64,000 bases of DNA from Gnetum montanum (Eukaryota > Plantae > Gnetophyta). This document shows positions 26,203 through 38,440 of this stretch, one piece after another (within the stretch, counting starts at the first letter, position 1; every line of letters begins with the position of its first letter). The stretch spans positions 764,708-828,707 of the forward strand of contig MNCI01003377.1 in assembly GCA_015680685.1 (NCBI GenBank). Reading direction: 5' to 3'. A program made the position numbers and the translations under genes. The notes under the pieces were generated by a model, which was not told the DNA's origin, did not search any database, and saw nothing but the letters and a program-made list of their open reading frames with translations.

Positions 26203-27384
26203 TTGACGTCTGGAGGAATCCACCCAAGAGGTGTTGACAAAGAAGAGCAAAACACCATGAGCAATAAAGCATCAAACATTAACCGTCGACCCTTGGCTGG
26301 GTGTCATCGCACCATTTTCAAAAGTACATGGGGTTGAGGGAATGTGGTTCAAGATGTAAGGGAATCAGTTGTAACCAGGGAAGCCAGGAGGTTAAGGGTT
26401 ATGATTGCTATCGGGATTGTGGGAGAGGAATGCTCTCTTGTGCACAATTCATGTCATTAGTCCTTTTCAATAGCCAGGATTTCAGTAGACTCGGAACCAA
26501 GACATAGGAGGTGCGTTCTTTGGAGAAACGGGACTCTTACAGAGTAATTGCGGGATCCATTGTAAACATCCAAAGCCACGCTATGATGTGTAACATGGTC
26601 TCTTTGAGACATGAGTGTAACCTCTCTTTTTTTCAAGACAATTGCCTTCTCGCCTGGGGCTTGTATGAGAATGGGCAATAGTCTTTTGTTTGTGATGTCA
26701 ACGGGGTCTTAAAGACCTTTTCCGTGCATTTTTCTCTTTGACCCTTTTTTTGTTCTTTTTTCTTTTCTTTTTCCTTTTTTTTTCTTTTTTTTGTTTTCTT
26801 TTTGTCTTTCTTTTTTTGGTTTTTTGAAAGAGCTTGTTTTTTTGTGCCGTGCTCATATTTGAGCAATTGCATTTTGCATCATGTACTATGTATTGTGTTT
26901 TGCATCATAACTTCTTAGAGAGCTACAGTGTGCAACAGTGTACCAAGAGTTTTGAGATGAGTGGAATGTATCAAGGGGGATGTAATCGAATAGGCTAAGG
27001 GGAGCATGATGGGGAAATAGGGGATGCATCGGGAGTCGAGAATGTACTTATGAACAAATTGATTAACCCAGTCACGTGCATCAGGAAAAACGTGATACCT
27101 TGTTGTCATGATGAAGTGCATCTATGTATGAACGCCTCAAGAGTGTCATCCTGCAAACACAACTCCAAGAAGACAAGAAAACCACAAATGAAACAATCAG
27201 CTAAACACTTTAAACAAGGAGATGGAGTCACCACGTGTAACTTTCAAAGCAAACAGAATCACGAACAACATCAGTTTCATTAGGCCCCATGGGATGAATC
27301 ATGCAACAAGTCTTTGTAGAACAAAAACAGCCAACTGCAACAACAGATCTTTTTCAATTTTTCCTGGTCATCAATGATGTCCCT

Positions 27385-27811
27385 AGTTTATAGTCTTAGC
27401 GGACTGTTGTGTATTAGTTTCACGTCATAACCCCTTGGACGGTGCCAGTTTAGTGTCGTAGCGGATGGTGCATTGCTAGTTTATAGTCATGGCGGACTAA
27501 AAAGAGGCAAACTAGTTTATAGTCTTAGCGGACTTTGGATGCTAGTTTCATGTCATGGTAGACGGATGTAGTAGTTTAGTGTCATACCAGACAGAACTCT
27601 TTGGTATCAGTTTCAAGTCATGATCCAGGACTATTCTGTGGTATCAGTTTTAAGTCATGATCCAGGACTATTCTGTGGTATCAGTTTTAAGTCATGATCC
27701 AGGACTGTTCTGTGGTATCAATTTTAAGTCATGATCCAGGACCGTTCTGTGGTATTCAGTTTTAAGTCATGATCCAGAACTATCTGTGCCAGTTTATAGT
27801 CATAGCGGACT
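27385..27811. repeat. Array of 13 AGTTT-N3-GTC-loop-GAC units at 29-38 bp spacing, including five near-identical 37-bp units (27603-27787)
   Basis: AGTTT anchors at 27385, 27416, 27447, 27478, 27514, 27544, 27573, 27609, 27646, 27683, 27720 (aattt), ~27758 and 27791. Confidence 0.9.
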
Positions 27812-28407
27812 AATGCTTACCTTGCTTGTGTAAAGTGTGATGCTGCATGCATGGTCATGCTACGTGCCTGTGAGATCCTACAAAAAAATCAACTAGGAAG
27901 AAAACAACATCAAGCGACACCTACCGTACATAGAGTTAGAATGTATGAATGAAAGAAAAGCAATGCAAAAAATGATAGTTTTAGGCCGTTCCAGGCCATA
28001 TGCTAGTTTAAGGCCTTTTCAGGCCATGTATTTTTATAGTTTTATGTTTTTTTTATTGTTTTTCAAATGCAATGTGTGAACTATGTTGAAAAATGTGTAA
28101 ACAAAGAAAAACACATGATCTAAGTGAGCGAGCAAAATGTAAACGCATAGGCTAGTGCAATGTAAACAAAAGTCAAAAATGCATGTCAGAGGAGTAGGTA
28201 GAAGGTAGGCAAGCATCAAGCACATTTTCAGCCAAGGGAGAGTNTAGCTTGTCGATGACGGAGTATAGGACTACGTTCGTTGCTGCACCATNNNNNNNNN
28301 NNNNNNNNNNNNNNNNNNNNNNNNNNNNNNNNNNNNNNNNNNNNNNNNNNNNNNNNNNNNNNNNNNNNNNNNNNNNNNNNNNNNNNNNNNNNNNNNNNNN
28401 NNNNNNN

Positions 28408-29450
28408 CTAGCTTGTCGATGACGGAGTATAGGACTACATTCGTTGTTGCACCATCGTCAACATGCACTCTGCGGATGATGCACTGCCCAACACGAATGA
28501 TAATGGATAGTGGAGCTGAAGTGACTTCCCCTCGTTTGGGGTTGACTTTAACTACATCATCACAAAAGGCTAAGGTTGTTGAACCTAATCCTTGTTGTGT
28601 CTGTTGCGAAATCGTTGCACTAATGGATTCTTCATTTGTGGGGATGTCCTCTGTAACAGGAATGGATGCTAACGTTTGAGCAAAGGCTTCGCGGTGAGTG
28701 GTTGAAGTCATGACCAGATCGTACAAACTCATTGTTGTGTTCTTCTATTTAGTGCTTGTTTTACTTGGGTTAGTGCAGCTATGAAGTCCTTGTCATTAGC
28801 TATTGTGTTGGTTTTAACTTCTTCCATGAAGCTTGAGAGATAAACCTCTCGGGAGGGGGACTTAGTCTTGGTTTGCTTGGGGGTAGGGGCCCCAGTGTTC
28901 AGTTGTTGTTTGCTAGTTGTGGCCTTTGCTTCAGTCATGGGAGTTGTGAGGTGCTTACATTCCCATTTGGTGGGCCTAGTCGGGTTGCTAGTGGGGTCAA
29001 CCCTTGGAGGAGGAGGGATTGAGATGTTGTCCACTATTGGGCTTTGGGTAGGTGAGGGGTCATCTCGTTGTGGTACTCTTATGATGAAAGGTTGCTTAGT
29101 GGTTTTTGTTGCTGCATCATGCCAATTTAACGTCTTAGCAGACGAATCATGCTAGTTTAACGTCTTAGCAGACGATGTCTGTGGAGCCTTGACCACAAAG
29201 GGTGTTGTGGGTGCCTGGGGTGGTACCTTGATAACAAAGGGAGGCCTCTTATTTGTGGAGGCTAGGGGAATCCTTACCTTACTGGGAGGCACATGGATCA
29301 CAAAAGGTTTTTGCACAGGTTTGGGCTTTCCACCTATGCTAATTGAGTTTATGACATAGGAGGCATCGTCTATGTTGGATTGACTTGCCGTGTCAATCAC
29401 TAGTTGGCCTTCTTCTATCATTCTCTGCAGGTCGTCTTGCAAGGCAAAGA
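28408..29450 (-). pseudogene. gag: C-terminal gag and aspartic protease of A4
   Basis: ORFs 29152-29502, 28729-29034 and 28271-28732; protease motif IIRRVHVDDGATTNVV; runs into the N gap at 28292-28407. Confidence 0.85.
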
Positions 29451-32099
29451 TTCTAATCACTATAGGCATTGATTTGCTAGGAAGCATGAACAAATCAAGC
29501 AAACATGCATCGAAGATCCTTTGCTAGATCTCCCTAGGTGCTTTGCTTGCCTACCACTCCTATGATGAGTCTATATCACCCTACTTGAGGATGATTTTCT
29601 ACTCCAAATAGCTTGAGGTGATCACAACAATAGTAGACTTATGTAGAAAACCTACAACCCAAAGCAAGTGATACATTAGCTTTCAACATAGGTAGGCCAT
29701 ACAAAAATAACAATAAAATAAAATTAAATTTATAATCACATAATTAAAACCAACCAACTAATTAAAACCAAAATAACCAAAAAGCAAAGTAACTAGAAAA
29801 TGTTGACCTCATCTAAACGATAAATCACTTACTAGGCTTGGGAAACACTAGGGTCTTAGAAACCAAGGTGCATGTATGCGTAACTCAAGAAGACCCCACC
29901 AAGAATGAGCAATTCTAGTAGTTAAACACCTATGGTAAACTTGAGAAAATTGTGAGGTATACATGCTAAAGTTATTCCTTAGTTTCTCCAACACCCAAAA
30001 TCTCATAACTTGGCCTTATGTAAATACTTCCAAGGCTATGTGTGTCATAGATAGACATTGATCACTTTTGATCAATCCTCCATTTTGTACTCTATACCTA
30101 CACCATGTGAACACAAAAATATTTAGAGCTAATGGCCTGACAAAAATAAGAAGAAAATGAAAACTTAGGATAGAGCTTACACTTGCAAAAGATAGTAGGT
30201 TCTAAGAGGATTTTGAAATAAACTATTGATCCAATGGCCTATCATTAGGGTTTTGTTAGCATTATACTAAGCATACTCAAGTATTTCCTAGATCTAGAAA
30301 ATCTTTCATACCCCTAGTGTAAATAAATCATCATCCTTCTCACCATCTACTTAAGTGTTGGGATCATCTACCATGAACTTTGTAATACAATTAGCAAATC
30401 CTGGTAGAAGTATGTCTACAAGAATGGTTGTAGTATTTTTGGTCAAGTTTGACCACATGATCACACTAAAGTTTTGAAGAAAGTATGTTAAGAACTCTTT
30501 TGTCCCAAGCCTAAACCATACACGACCATGGTCAAGAATCATGTTGGGACTTAAGTTGTTGTATGTGGATACACCCATGTAACACAAGATCCCAACCAGT
30601 TCAATGATGATCAAGATGGACTTCAAAAATTCCATGCATGATAAATAATATAGTCATTAAAAACATGATAACCATAGGCAAAATTTGATAACATTAAAGC
30701 TAAAACAAGTATAATGCCAACATTACTACACAAATTTGCATGAATATACACAAAATAATCAAACTCTTTAATTTTAACCATGACAAAAATCAAAATTGAC
30801 CTTGTTAACATTTTCATGAATAGTTAACATGAATATTCAAATAGTAAAACCTTTAGGCAAACAATTAACACAAAGCCAAGTATTGACCAAACTAGCAATC
30901 CAAATTTTAAATGAAATAAAAAAAACACATGATAATAAAAATACTCTTGGCTTGTATGCTAGGGATTAGAGGGATGTGGGAAGAATGATGACAAAAGATA
31001 CAACCTTTCTAGAGAAATCAAGCCTATACAATGCCATTTAAAACAGAATTCTACATCCCAAAACATTTCACAAGCTACCCAAAAACCTTGAACAATGTTA
31101 TAGGATTGCCAGAGTAGTTATAAAAAGCTTTTATAGTCATCTAAACAAACGTTTTAGTGCCCAGTGCCGTTAATACAACTGAAGAAGCCAAAACTCAAAG
31201 CCTAAGAACTACAACTAATGAAGGTAATTCCCATGGCTAGAAAAATTTGCAAAAAAATTCTAATAATTTATTTCTAGCTAAAAACACTAGGAGAAATTCT
31301 ATAAAAAAAAACTCAAATTACCTTTCAACACTATACCAGTAAGCTCAAAAAAATTAAATTATGAAAATGAATTACTTGGATTTTTTTTTCAAAAAAAAAA
31401 CTAATTTACAATGAAACAACTATAGCAAAACCTTTGGGAAAAATATAGAAAAAATTCAAAAAATTCCAAATTTTATGCAAAGCCCCTCTAAACTACCCTA
31501 AAAACCCCTAGGAGGTTGAGACATTATTAAAAAATGGCTCTAGAAAGATCAATTATATCAATTTTTAGGAGAAAAAACCATAGAAAAGACAAAAAACATT
31601 ATGCAGTGGGTCGTGGAAAAATTCATAGAAAATTAATGAAAACTCTAAAAATAGTGATTCCACCTCCATTCAATCATTAAAACTTGCAAAATAGCCTCAT
31701 GACTCCAAAATTGTAGAATCTACATCATAAATTTATTAAAAATTGACAAAGTTCAACTATTTTTTGGCAAAATTAGGGCAAAAAATGCATAAAATAGGCT
31801 TGAAAAATTTTAAATTTTCTTAGGAATAAGATCTAAAGCCAAAATATCATTTTAGATGTGACTGTATAGCTAGAATCCAACATTCAATGCAAGAAAAAAC
31901 CAAAAAATTCCATAGAGCATGCCTAAGCATTACAATTTAAAGAAAATTTGTAAAATAGGGTAAAAGATGAGTACCTGGCTATCCTGGCTAAACATCTCTC
32001 ACTTGTAGAAGGATTGAAAAGTTGGGAGATGATCTTCATAGCCTCGTCTAGATCCTCCAATGTGTGTTTTTTGCTTAATGATCCTTTTCCCTTCGACAT
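29451..32099 (-). pseudogene. Antisense multi-exon cargo gene of A3 (exons ~32099-31975, 30633-30181, 30097-29833, ~29700-29451 truncated) with an FCP1/NIF-like domain
   Basis: Exons match the A2 copy in size and peptide. Exon 2 reads ILIIIELVGILCY...VWFRLGTKEFLTYFLQNFSVIMWSN...YNANKTLMIGH...QNP. GTAAG donors at 30180 and 29832. Confidence 0.75.
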
Positions 32100-32719
32100 G
32101 TTGCAAAATGATAGCAAAATCCTCACTCCTATTGCAACTACGCTATCTTTGAAGTGGATGAGTGTGGAATATGCTTTGAAATTACTAGGTATTGAAACCT
32201 TGATTAGCTCAGCCTTATTTCCAAGCACTACCTCTATAAAAACCAGGCTCAAGTAGATTACATGTGCAACGTGTTAATGAACAAATCTCTCCTATACTTA
32301 TGCACTAATACTAGAGCCCTATGCACTTAGACATCTACTTCACCTATAGTGAACTCAGTGTCCACAAAAGGAAATACCCTATACACTAGGTTTGCATGAG
32401 GATTTTTCTTAGAAAGCCTCTTGACCTTGTGTGGGCCTCACAAGGCACTATCAAAATAAAATATAGAAAAATCACATACAGTGGGTTTTAAAAATTCAAC
32501 CTACCAATGTACTAGAAATTCATGCCTAGCAATACATGCAATCAATGAACCAGGCTATAGAGCTTCAACCATTACATAGAATAACACTAGCAGTTCCTCT
32601 TTGTCTTAAACTAATCAACAAAGCTTTATACCACCATAAAACTCGAGGTTCTTCTATAGAAAAGCTTCTAGGTGCCAAGAAACAAGCCAAAATGGCTAGG
32701 ATAAAGTTGTTTAAGGGTT

Positions 32720-34700
32720 CATGGACCCCATATGTTGACCAACATATTAGGGTGGGATGTAAGGTCCAAAATACCCATGTGAAACCTTAAAAAAACCCTA
32801 AATTAACAACCTAAACTTTAAACCCTAGTTGGAGACATCATCCTTGAAGCTTCAAAAAGACAACCCAAAACAGGCTTGAAACTAGTTAATTCTTAGCTTC
32901 TATGTTGGGCATATATAGCTTATACACTATTTAGCATATAGAGAATAGATGGAGGGCTTTTTACCAATCCCCCAGCTTAAAATGACCTAAAAATTAACTA
33001 GTGGAAGCCCAAAGGCCCAAAACACAAGATTAGCCTAAACTTTAACTAGTTTTTAGCCCTTGGAAGGGAAATTTGAGTCTCCTACATTAAAGGCATGGAG
33101 CCTATACATTGGCCAACATATAAGAAGTGTATGAGCTATCAATAATTCTTATTTACCTCCCCACAATGCCCACAAAGCCATATCTCAACATAAAAATGTA
33201 GACCCTAACTTGGAAACCTTGAGAAACAAAAAGGATGATCAAAAAGGCCTCATTAACTAAAATCTTGACCTTCTATGCTAAGGATGTACCTATCATATGC
33301 TATCCAACATATGGGCCAATGTTAGGCCAAGAACAATCCTTATCCCAATCTAAAATGGCCTCACAAGACATCAAAAAAGTCACCAAGTCCTAATTGTAGA
33401 CACTAGTGACTTCAAAGACCAAGAAACTAAGTTGAATAACCCTCAAAATCTGTTCATATTTAGTCCATACACTAGGCACCTAGAATTTATACACTAGCCA
33501 GTGTATACAAAAATTGGTAGGAATTTTTGACATGCTTTCGATGCCCAAATTACTCAAAATTTGAATGATGAAGCCTTTAGGCCTTGGACTAGGACATAAA
33601 TCAAAATTTGACCTCTTTGGAGTCCCTGAAAGTTAAATTTGGGACTCATATGCTAGTAGCCTAGGCTCCATATGCTGGCTAGCATATGTACAACATATGA
33701 TCTCAAGAAAAATTAATACTTAGCTATTTGTGGTATCAAAAGGACTACTTTTGACCTAGAAACCTTAGCATTGACACTGGTAGCCTTAGAACTTGAAAAA
33801 CCTAGACGAATGAGCCCAAAACTTACCAACACTTATGCTACATGCTAGGCACACATGCCTCATACATTGGCTAGAGTATCATATTGTGTGTGGAATATTT
33901 TGACAAGTTTTGAGCACTCAAATTTTCCTAAAAGTTAACCAATGAAGCCTAGGAGCCCTAAACTAGAAGCCAAATATAATTTGACCCTATTTGAGCCTAG
34001 AAAAAGTGATTTTTAATCCTTATATGTTGAGGCTTTAGGCTCCATACACTAGCCAGCATATAGGCCAGCATATGACCTCAAAAATAGGCCTTAGTTGACT
34101 CATTTTGACTTCAAAACAACTATTTCTAACACTAATACCTATGTTCTACCCTAGAAGTCCTATGTAGCAAAAATACCTACTTTAAAAACTCCATGAATCA
34201 AGTTTTGGATACCTATATGCTAGGACCCAAGCTCCATACACTCACTAGCATATGGACTAGTGTATGAAGATATTTAAGGCATTTTACTAGCTCGAATTGA
34301 CACCAGAATAGGCTTACCTTTCCTTGAGCCACTGTGCTAACATCCAAAGCCTATGAAAGCTAAAAAACAAGTTAATAAGAGCCCCCTTAAACTAAATTTT
34401 ATACTCTATACACTAGTAACCTAGGTTTCATACGTTGGCTAATGTATAGGCCAACATATGAGCCATAAAAGAACTTTATCCTAGCTCAAAACAACCTAAA
34501 AATGATCATACAAAGTACCTAAGTGATTCTATAGAGTCTAGAAGCTATCACATGAGGCTAGAAATGCTTGAAACTAAGTCGAGATCACCTAGAAACTACA
34601 TAGCTCAATCTCATAGATTAGGACACTAGTCCCATATGCTAGCTAGCATATGCGTCTAGTCTGTGAAGGTTTGTATAGGCAAAACTTAGGCCAAGCTTGT
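32720..34700. repeat. Degenerate ~190-bp tandem repeat (~11 units), each with a decayed palindrome CATA(C/T)GCTGGCCAGC(G/A)TATG
   Basis: Palindrome variants at ~32729, 32920, 33103, 33295, 33488, 33669, 33860, 34043, 34235, 34428 and 34633. Confidence 0.75.
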
Positions 34701-34964
34701 TAATTCTTAGCCCTAAAGGCTCCCACAAGCCCTATAATGACCCTGCCATGTCAAATAGACCACAACCATGGCTCACTAAGGCCTAAAACTAGTTGCATAA
34801 GATCTTAATTAACTAAGTTCCATCCTCCTTTATCTTGTTTAACTTTTTTTTACTATACTTTGGCCTTATTTGACCTTATTTTACTTTATCTTTATAATAT
34901 TTTACATTTTTTTAACAATTTTATCACACAAGTACCACTTAATGTACTTTTGGTTGATGTGCAA

Positions 34965-37900
34965 GACTAGGAATATGGATACATGGGTGCAATTTAGTTT
35001 ACCTCTATGCCTGAATGGACCATATGGTGATGTTCAGTAATCCATGGATCTTAGTTACCTATATCTTAAGCCTGATAGCCTATTCAAACATATAGCCTCT
35101 ATAGAAAAGCCTCTTGAATGGCTTTAGCACATAGTTAAAACCATTGATCTCAAGGCTAGTGACATTACTAAGAACTCTCTAACTGATGTTCTAGTCACAA
35201 TGCACAATGATGAGGAGAAAACATTGAAATTAAGTAACTCACTTGAATCATAGCAAGCTCGAAACATCACCAAGGTTCTTCAAAAAAACATTAAAGCCTT
35301 TTCTTACTCATATGAGGATATTCAAGGTCTTGAACCACATTTAGTTTAACATAACACTATACTCAACCCTAGTATCAAACTAGCAAGCAAAAAGTACACA
35401 AAATTAGACCAAACCTAGCCTTGGTAGTTCACGATGAGATCACAAAACTCTACCAATCTAGTTTCATCCAAGTTGACTACACTGATTGGGTATCTAACAT
35501 AGTGATGGTTCCCAAGAAAAATGGGAGCATATGTATTTACATCAATTTTAAGACCTAAATTAGGGAACTATCAAGGATGATTTCTCATTGCCTAGTATTG
35601 ACTAACTCATCAATACTATGGCTAGACATGCCTTATTATCCTTTATGGATGCATTTTGAAGATACAAACAAGTTAGAATCAATCTAGAACATCAATGTTA
35701 TAAGACCTTCATGATCCCTTCGGGAACATTTTTTATACCATGATGTTGTTCAATCTAAAAATGCAAGTGCCCTATCAATGAGGAATTACCTATATTTTCA
35801 ATGATTACATGCTAAGGCTACTTAATAATTATGTTGATGACATAGCAGTTAAGTCTAAAATAGCCAATGACCATGCACATGACCTTAACTTAGTACTTCA
35901 ACGATGTCTAAACTATAAACTTAGACTTAATCCTAAGAAGTTTGTCTTTGATATTAAAATTGGTAAGATGTTGGGTTTTATATTACATAAAGCAAGAATA
36001 CATGTCAATCTTAATAAGGTCAAATCCATAACCAACTTGGTAATACCTACTAATCTTAAGGAACTCAAGGGATTACAAGGTAGAATGCAATTTATCTATA
36101 GGTTCATCTCAAGACTTATGGATAAGCTACAACCCATGCAACACTTGCTTAAGAAGAGAGTTCACTATGAGTGAACTACCCAATGCTAAGAAGCCTTTGA
36201 CAATATCAAGTAAGAGTTTATCCAACTATCCACTATGTACCTGACACAAAACAATAAACAATTTTACATCTACCTCACAATCTCTGACATGTCCATAGCT
36301 TCTCTACTCTATCAAAAAGAAGATGATGGAGAAGAGCTACCTATATACTACTTGAGTAATGAATTGATAGCCTATGAGACTTTATACATGAAGGTCAAGA
36401 ATTATTGTCTAGCCCTAGTCTTCTCCTTGAAGAAGTGGAGACACTACCTTTTTAAGAGCCAAGTCAACATCATATGCAAGGACAACGTGTTAAGAGCCAT
36501 AATAATAAATGTTTATGAAAGTAGCCAAATAGGTCAATGAAAAGCCATGTTAGCCATGTTTGACTTGCATTATATTTTCCAAGTCTCAACCAAAGGTTAA
36601 GCTATGACTACATAACCCACAATTTTCCTAGTTGAAGACAATGCAGCCATCAAACCTGAGTTCCCTAATGAGCATTTTAACATTGTTAACAAGGTACCTA
36701 AGGGTTAAAAGGGTATCATGTACTTCAATAGAGCATCAACTATCCATGGGGCTAGTGTTTTTGCCATCTCAACATCACCTTCCAGTGTAATTCAATCTTT
36801 CTCTTACTATTTTCAATTTCCATGTACCAGCAAGATAGTGGAATATGAAGGGATAATCAAGGAAATGATGGGATCTCATAGCCAAGGGATCAAACACTTG
36901 ATGATAAAAGGTGATTCACAACTAGCAATGAACAAAGTAATTGAGTTTTATGCATGCAAAGCTAAATATTTACAACTGTATTGTGAGAAACTAATGCAAC
37001 AATTTACAAATGTTGGCATTCAACAAATATTGTAAACTAAAAATACCTAAGTTGATGTCATTTAAAGCTTTGTCCTAAGTATGACATTAGATATCTTAAG
37101 TGAATTATCTTTTTTAATATAAAACTATGTTATTTTCATCACACAAAACACTGAAGGTACTTCCATAGCAACTATTAATAATGTTCCTCAAAATGAATGG
37201 TATGATGATATTAATTTTTACCTAATTCACAATGAATCTCCATAGAAATCAATTACTTCTCAAAAGGGCATTGTATGTAAAAGATCAAAATGATATGTCA
37301 TTGTAGCTTATAACAAATTATGTCAAAGTTTCTATGATTTCATATTATTAGTGTGCTTGGGAAAAACTGCAACTCTAATAATCCTGAGCAAGTTCACAAA
37401 GATATATCTGGGGAACATATAGAACTTAGAGCCATGACTCAAAAGGTTAGAGCATTAGGGTATTACTAGTTCTATATTAAAAGTGACTACCTACAAAAGG
37501 TTAAGACTTATGATACCTTTTAACAATCCAAAGATTTAATGCACATGCCACCAACCAAGTTGCACACTACTCAGATAACCTAGCCATTCCAATGATGGGG
37601 AATTAACATCATTAGAACTATAATACCTAAGTCTTCTTCAAGGCATAGCTTTATCATCACCACAACCGAATATTTTACAAAGTGGATTTGAAGCTATTCC
37701 TCTAAGGAAAATAATGTCTCAACAATTCTATAAATTTATATTAGATAACATAGTGTCTCAATTTGGCATAGCCATAACTATGGTCACAGATAATGAACCA
37801 TAGTTTAGTGGCCAAGAAAAGCAAGCATTCTTGTTAACAACTAGACATTAAGCATTCATTTTTGTCACCATATTATCCTCAAGCCAATGGACAAGCTGAG

Positions 37901-38440
37901 GCTAGCAACAAGTTCATCATAAACTTTCTTAAAAAATGCTAAATGTTAACATGGATAAGTGGCATGAATGGCTTAAACATGGACTGTGGACCTATAGAAC
38001 AACCTTTCAAATTGTAATTGGTGCCACTCCATATAGCCTGGTCTATGGATTTGAAGTTTACTTGCTTCTTAAATTGCAAGTTTCATCACTAAGAGTAGCT
38101 CTATCTAACTCCATCAATGATGAAAAAAATGAGGAGTTGCGTCTCATTGACCTCGATTCAGTGGATGAGCAATGAATAAAGATGTTGGTTCACATCAAAT
38201 GATATCAAGAGAGGCAGAAACAACATCATCATCAAAATCCAAACAAATGAAAAATAAAGGAACAAGACCTTGTCCTTAAAGTCATTCATGAACATGTAAA
38301 TAAGTCCTCAATCAATTGGGAGGGGCCTTTCTTGGTTCTCAAAGCCTATCATAATAGGGCATTCAGATTGGTAGACATGAATTCAAATTAATTGGTCAAC
38401 ATAATCAATTATTTCTATCTAAAATCATATTATATCTAAT
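34965..38440 (+). pseudogene. pol: pol of A3: RT, RNase H, additional RNase H, integrase
   Basis: WVSNIVMVPKKNG, KDDFSLP, LSFMDAF, YVDDIAVKS (ORF 35809-36174); RH in ORF 36235-36540; aRH in ORF 36718-37035 (MIKGDSQL); integrase [34 protein letters not shown]. Confidence 0.93.

Larger units (their letters stand above)
24466..29450 (-). mobile_element. Young family A-related element A4: 3' LTR, 3' UTR with hairpin array, gag-protease; 5' part lost; contains assembly gaps
   Basis: CpGs retained and long near-intact ORFs. PPT+LTR start (caaagaggggccaa-TGAAACAC) is shared with A3 (caaagagggaccaa-TGAAACAAC at 39554). Confidence 0.88.

Noticed and set aside
27385-27811. CRISPR array
   Set aside because: Eukaryotic retroelement context, no cas genes, linkers short and partly identical, and no constant 25-40 bp repeat with unique spacers.
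27975-28030. Hammerhead ribozyme (GGCC-loop-GGCC..AAAC resembles stem II)
   Set aside because: No CUGANGA core before the stem and the stem is not followed directly by GAAA; only superficial similarity.
28244-28455. ~47-bp repeat flanking the N gap, and ORF 28271-28732 reading through Ns
   Set aside because: Scaffolding artefact; the ORF length across the gap is meaningless.
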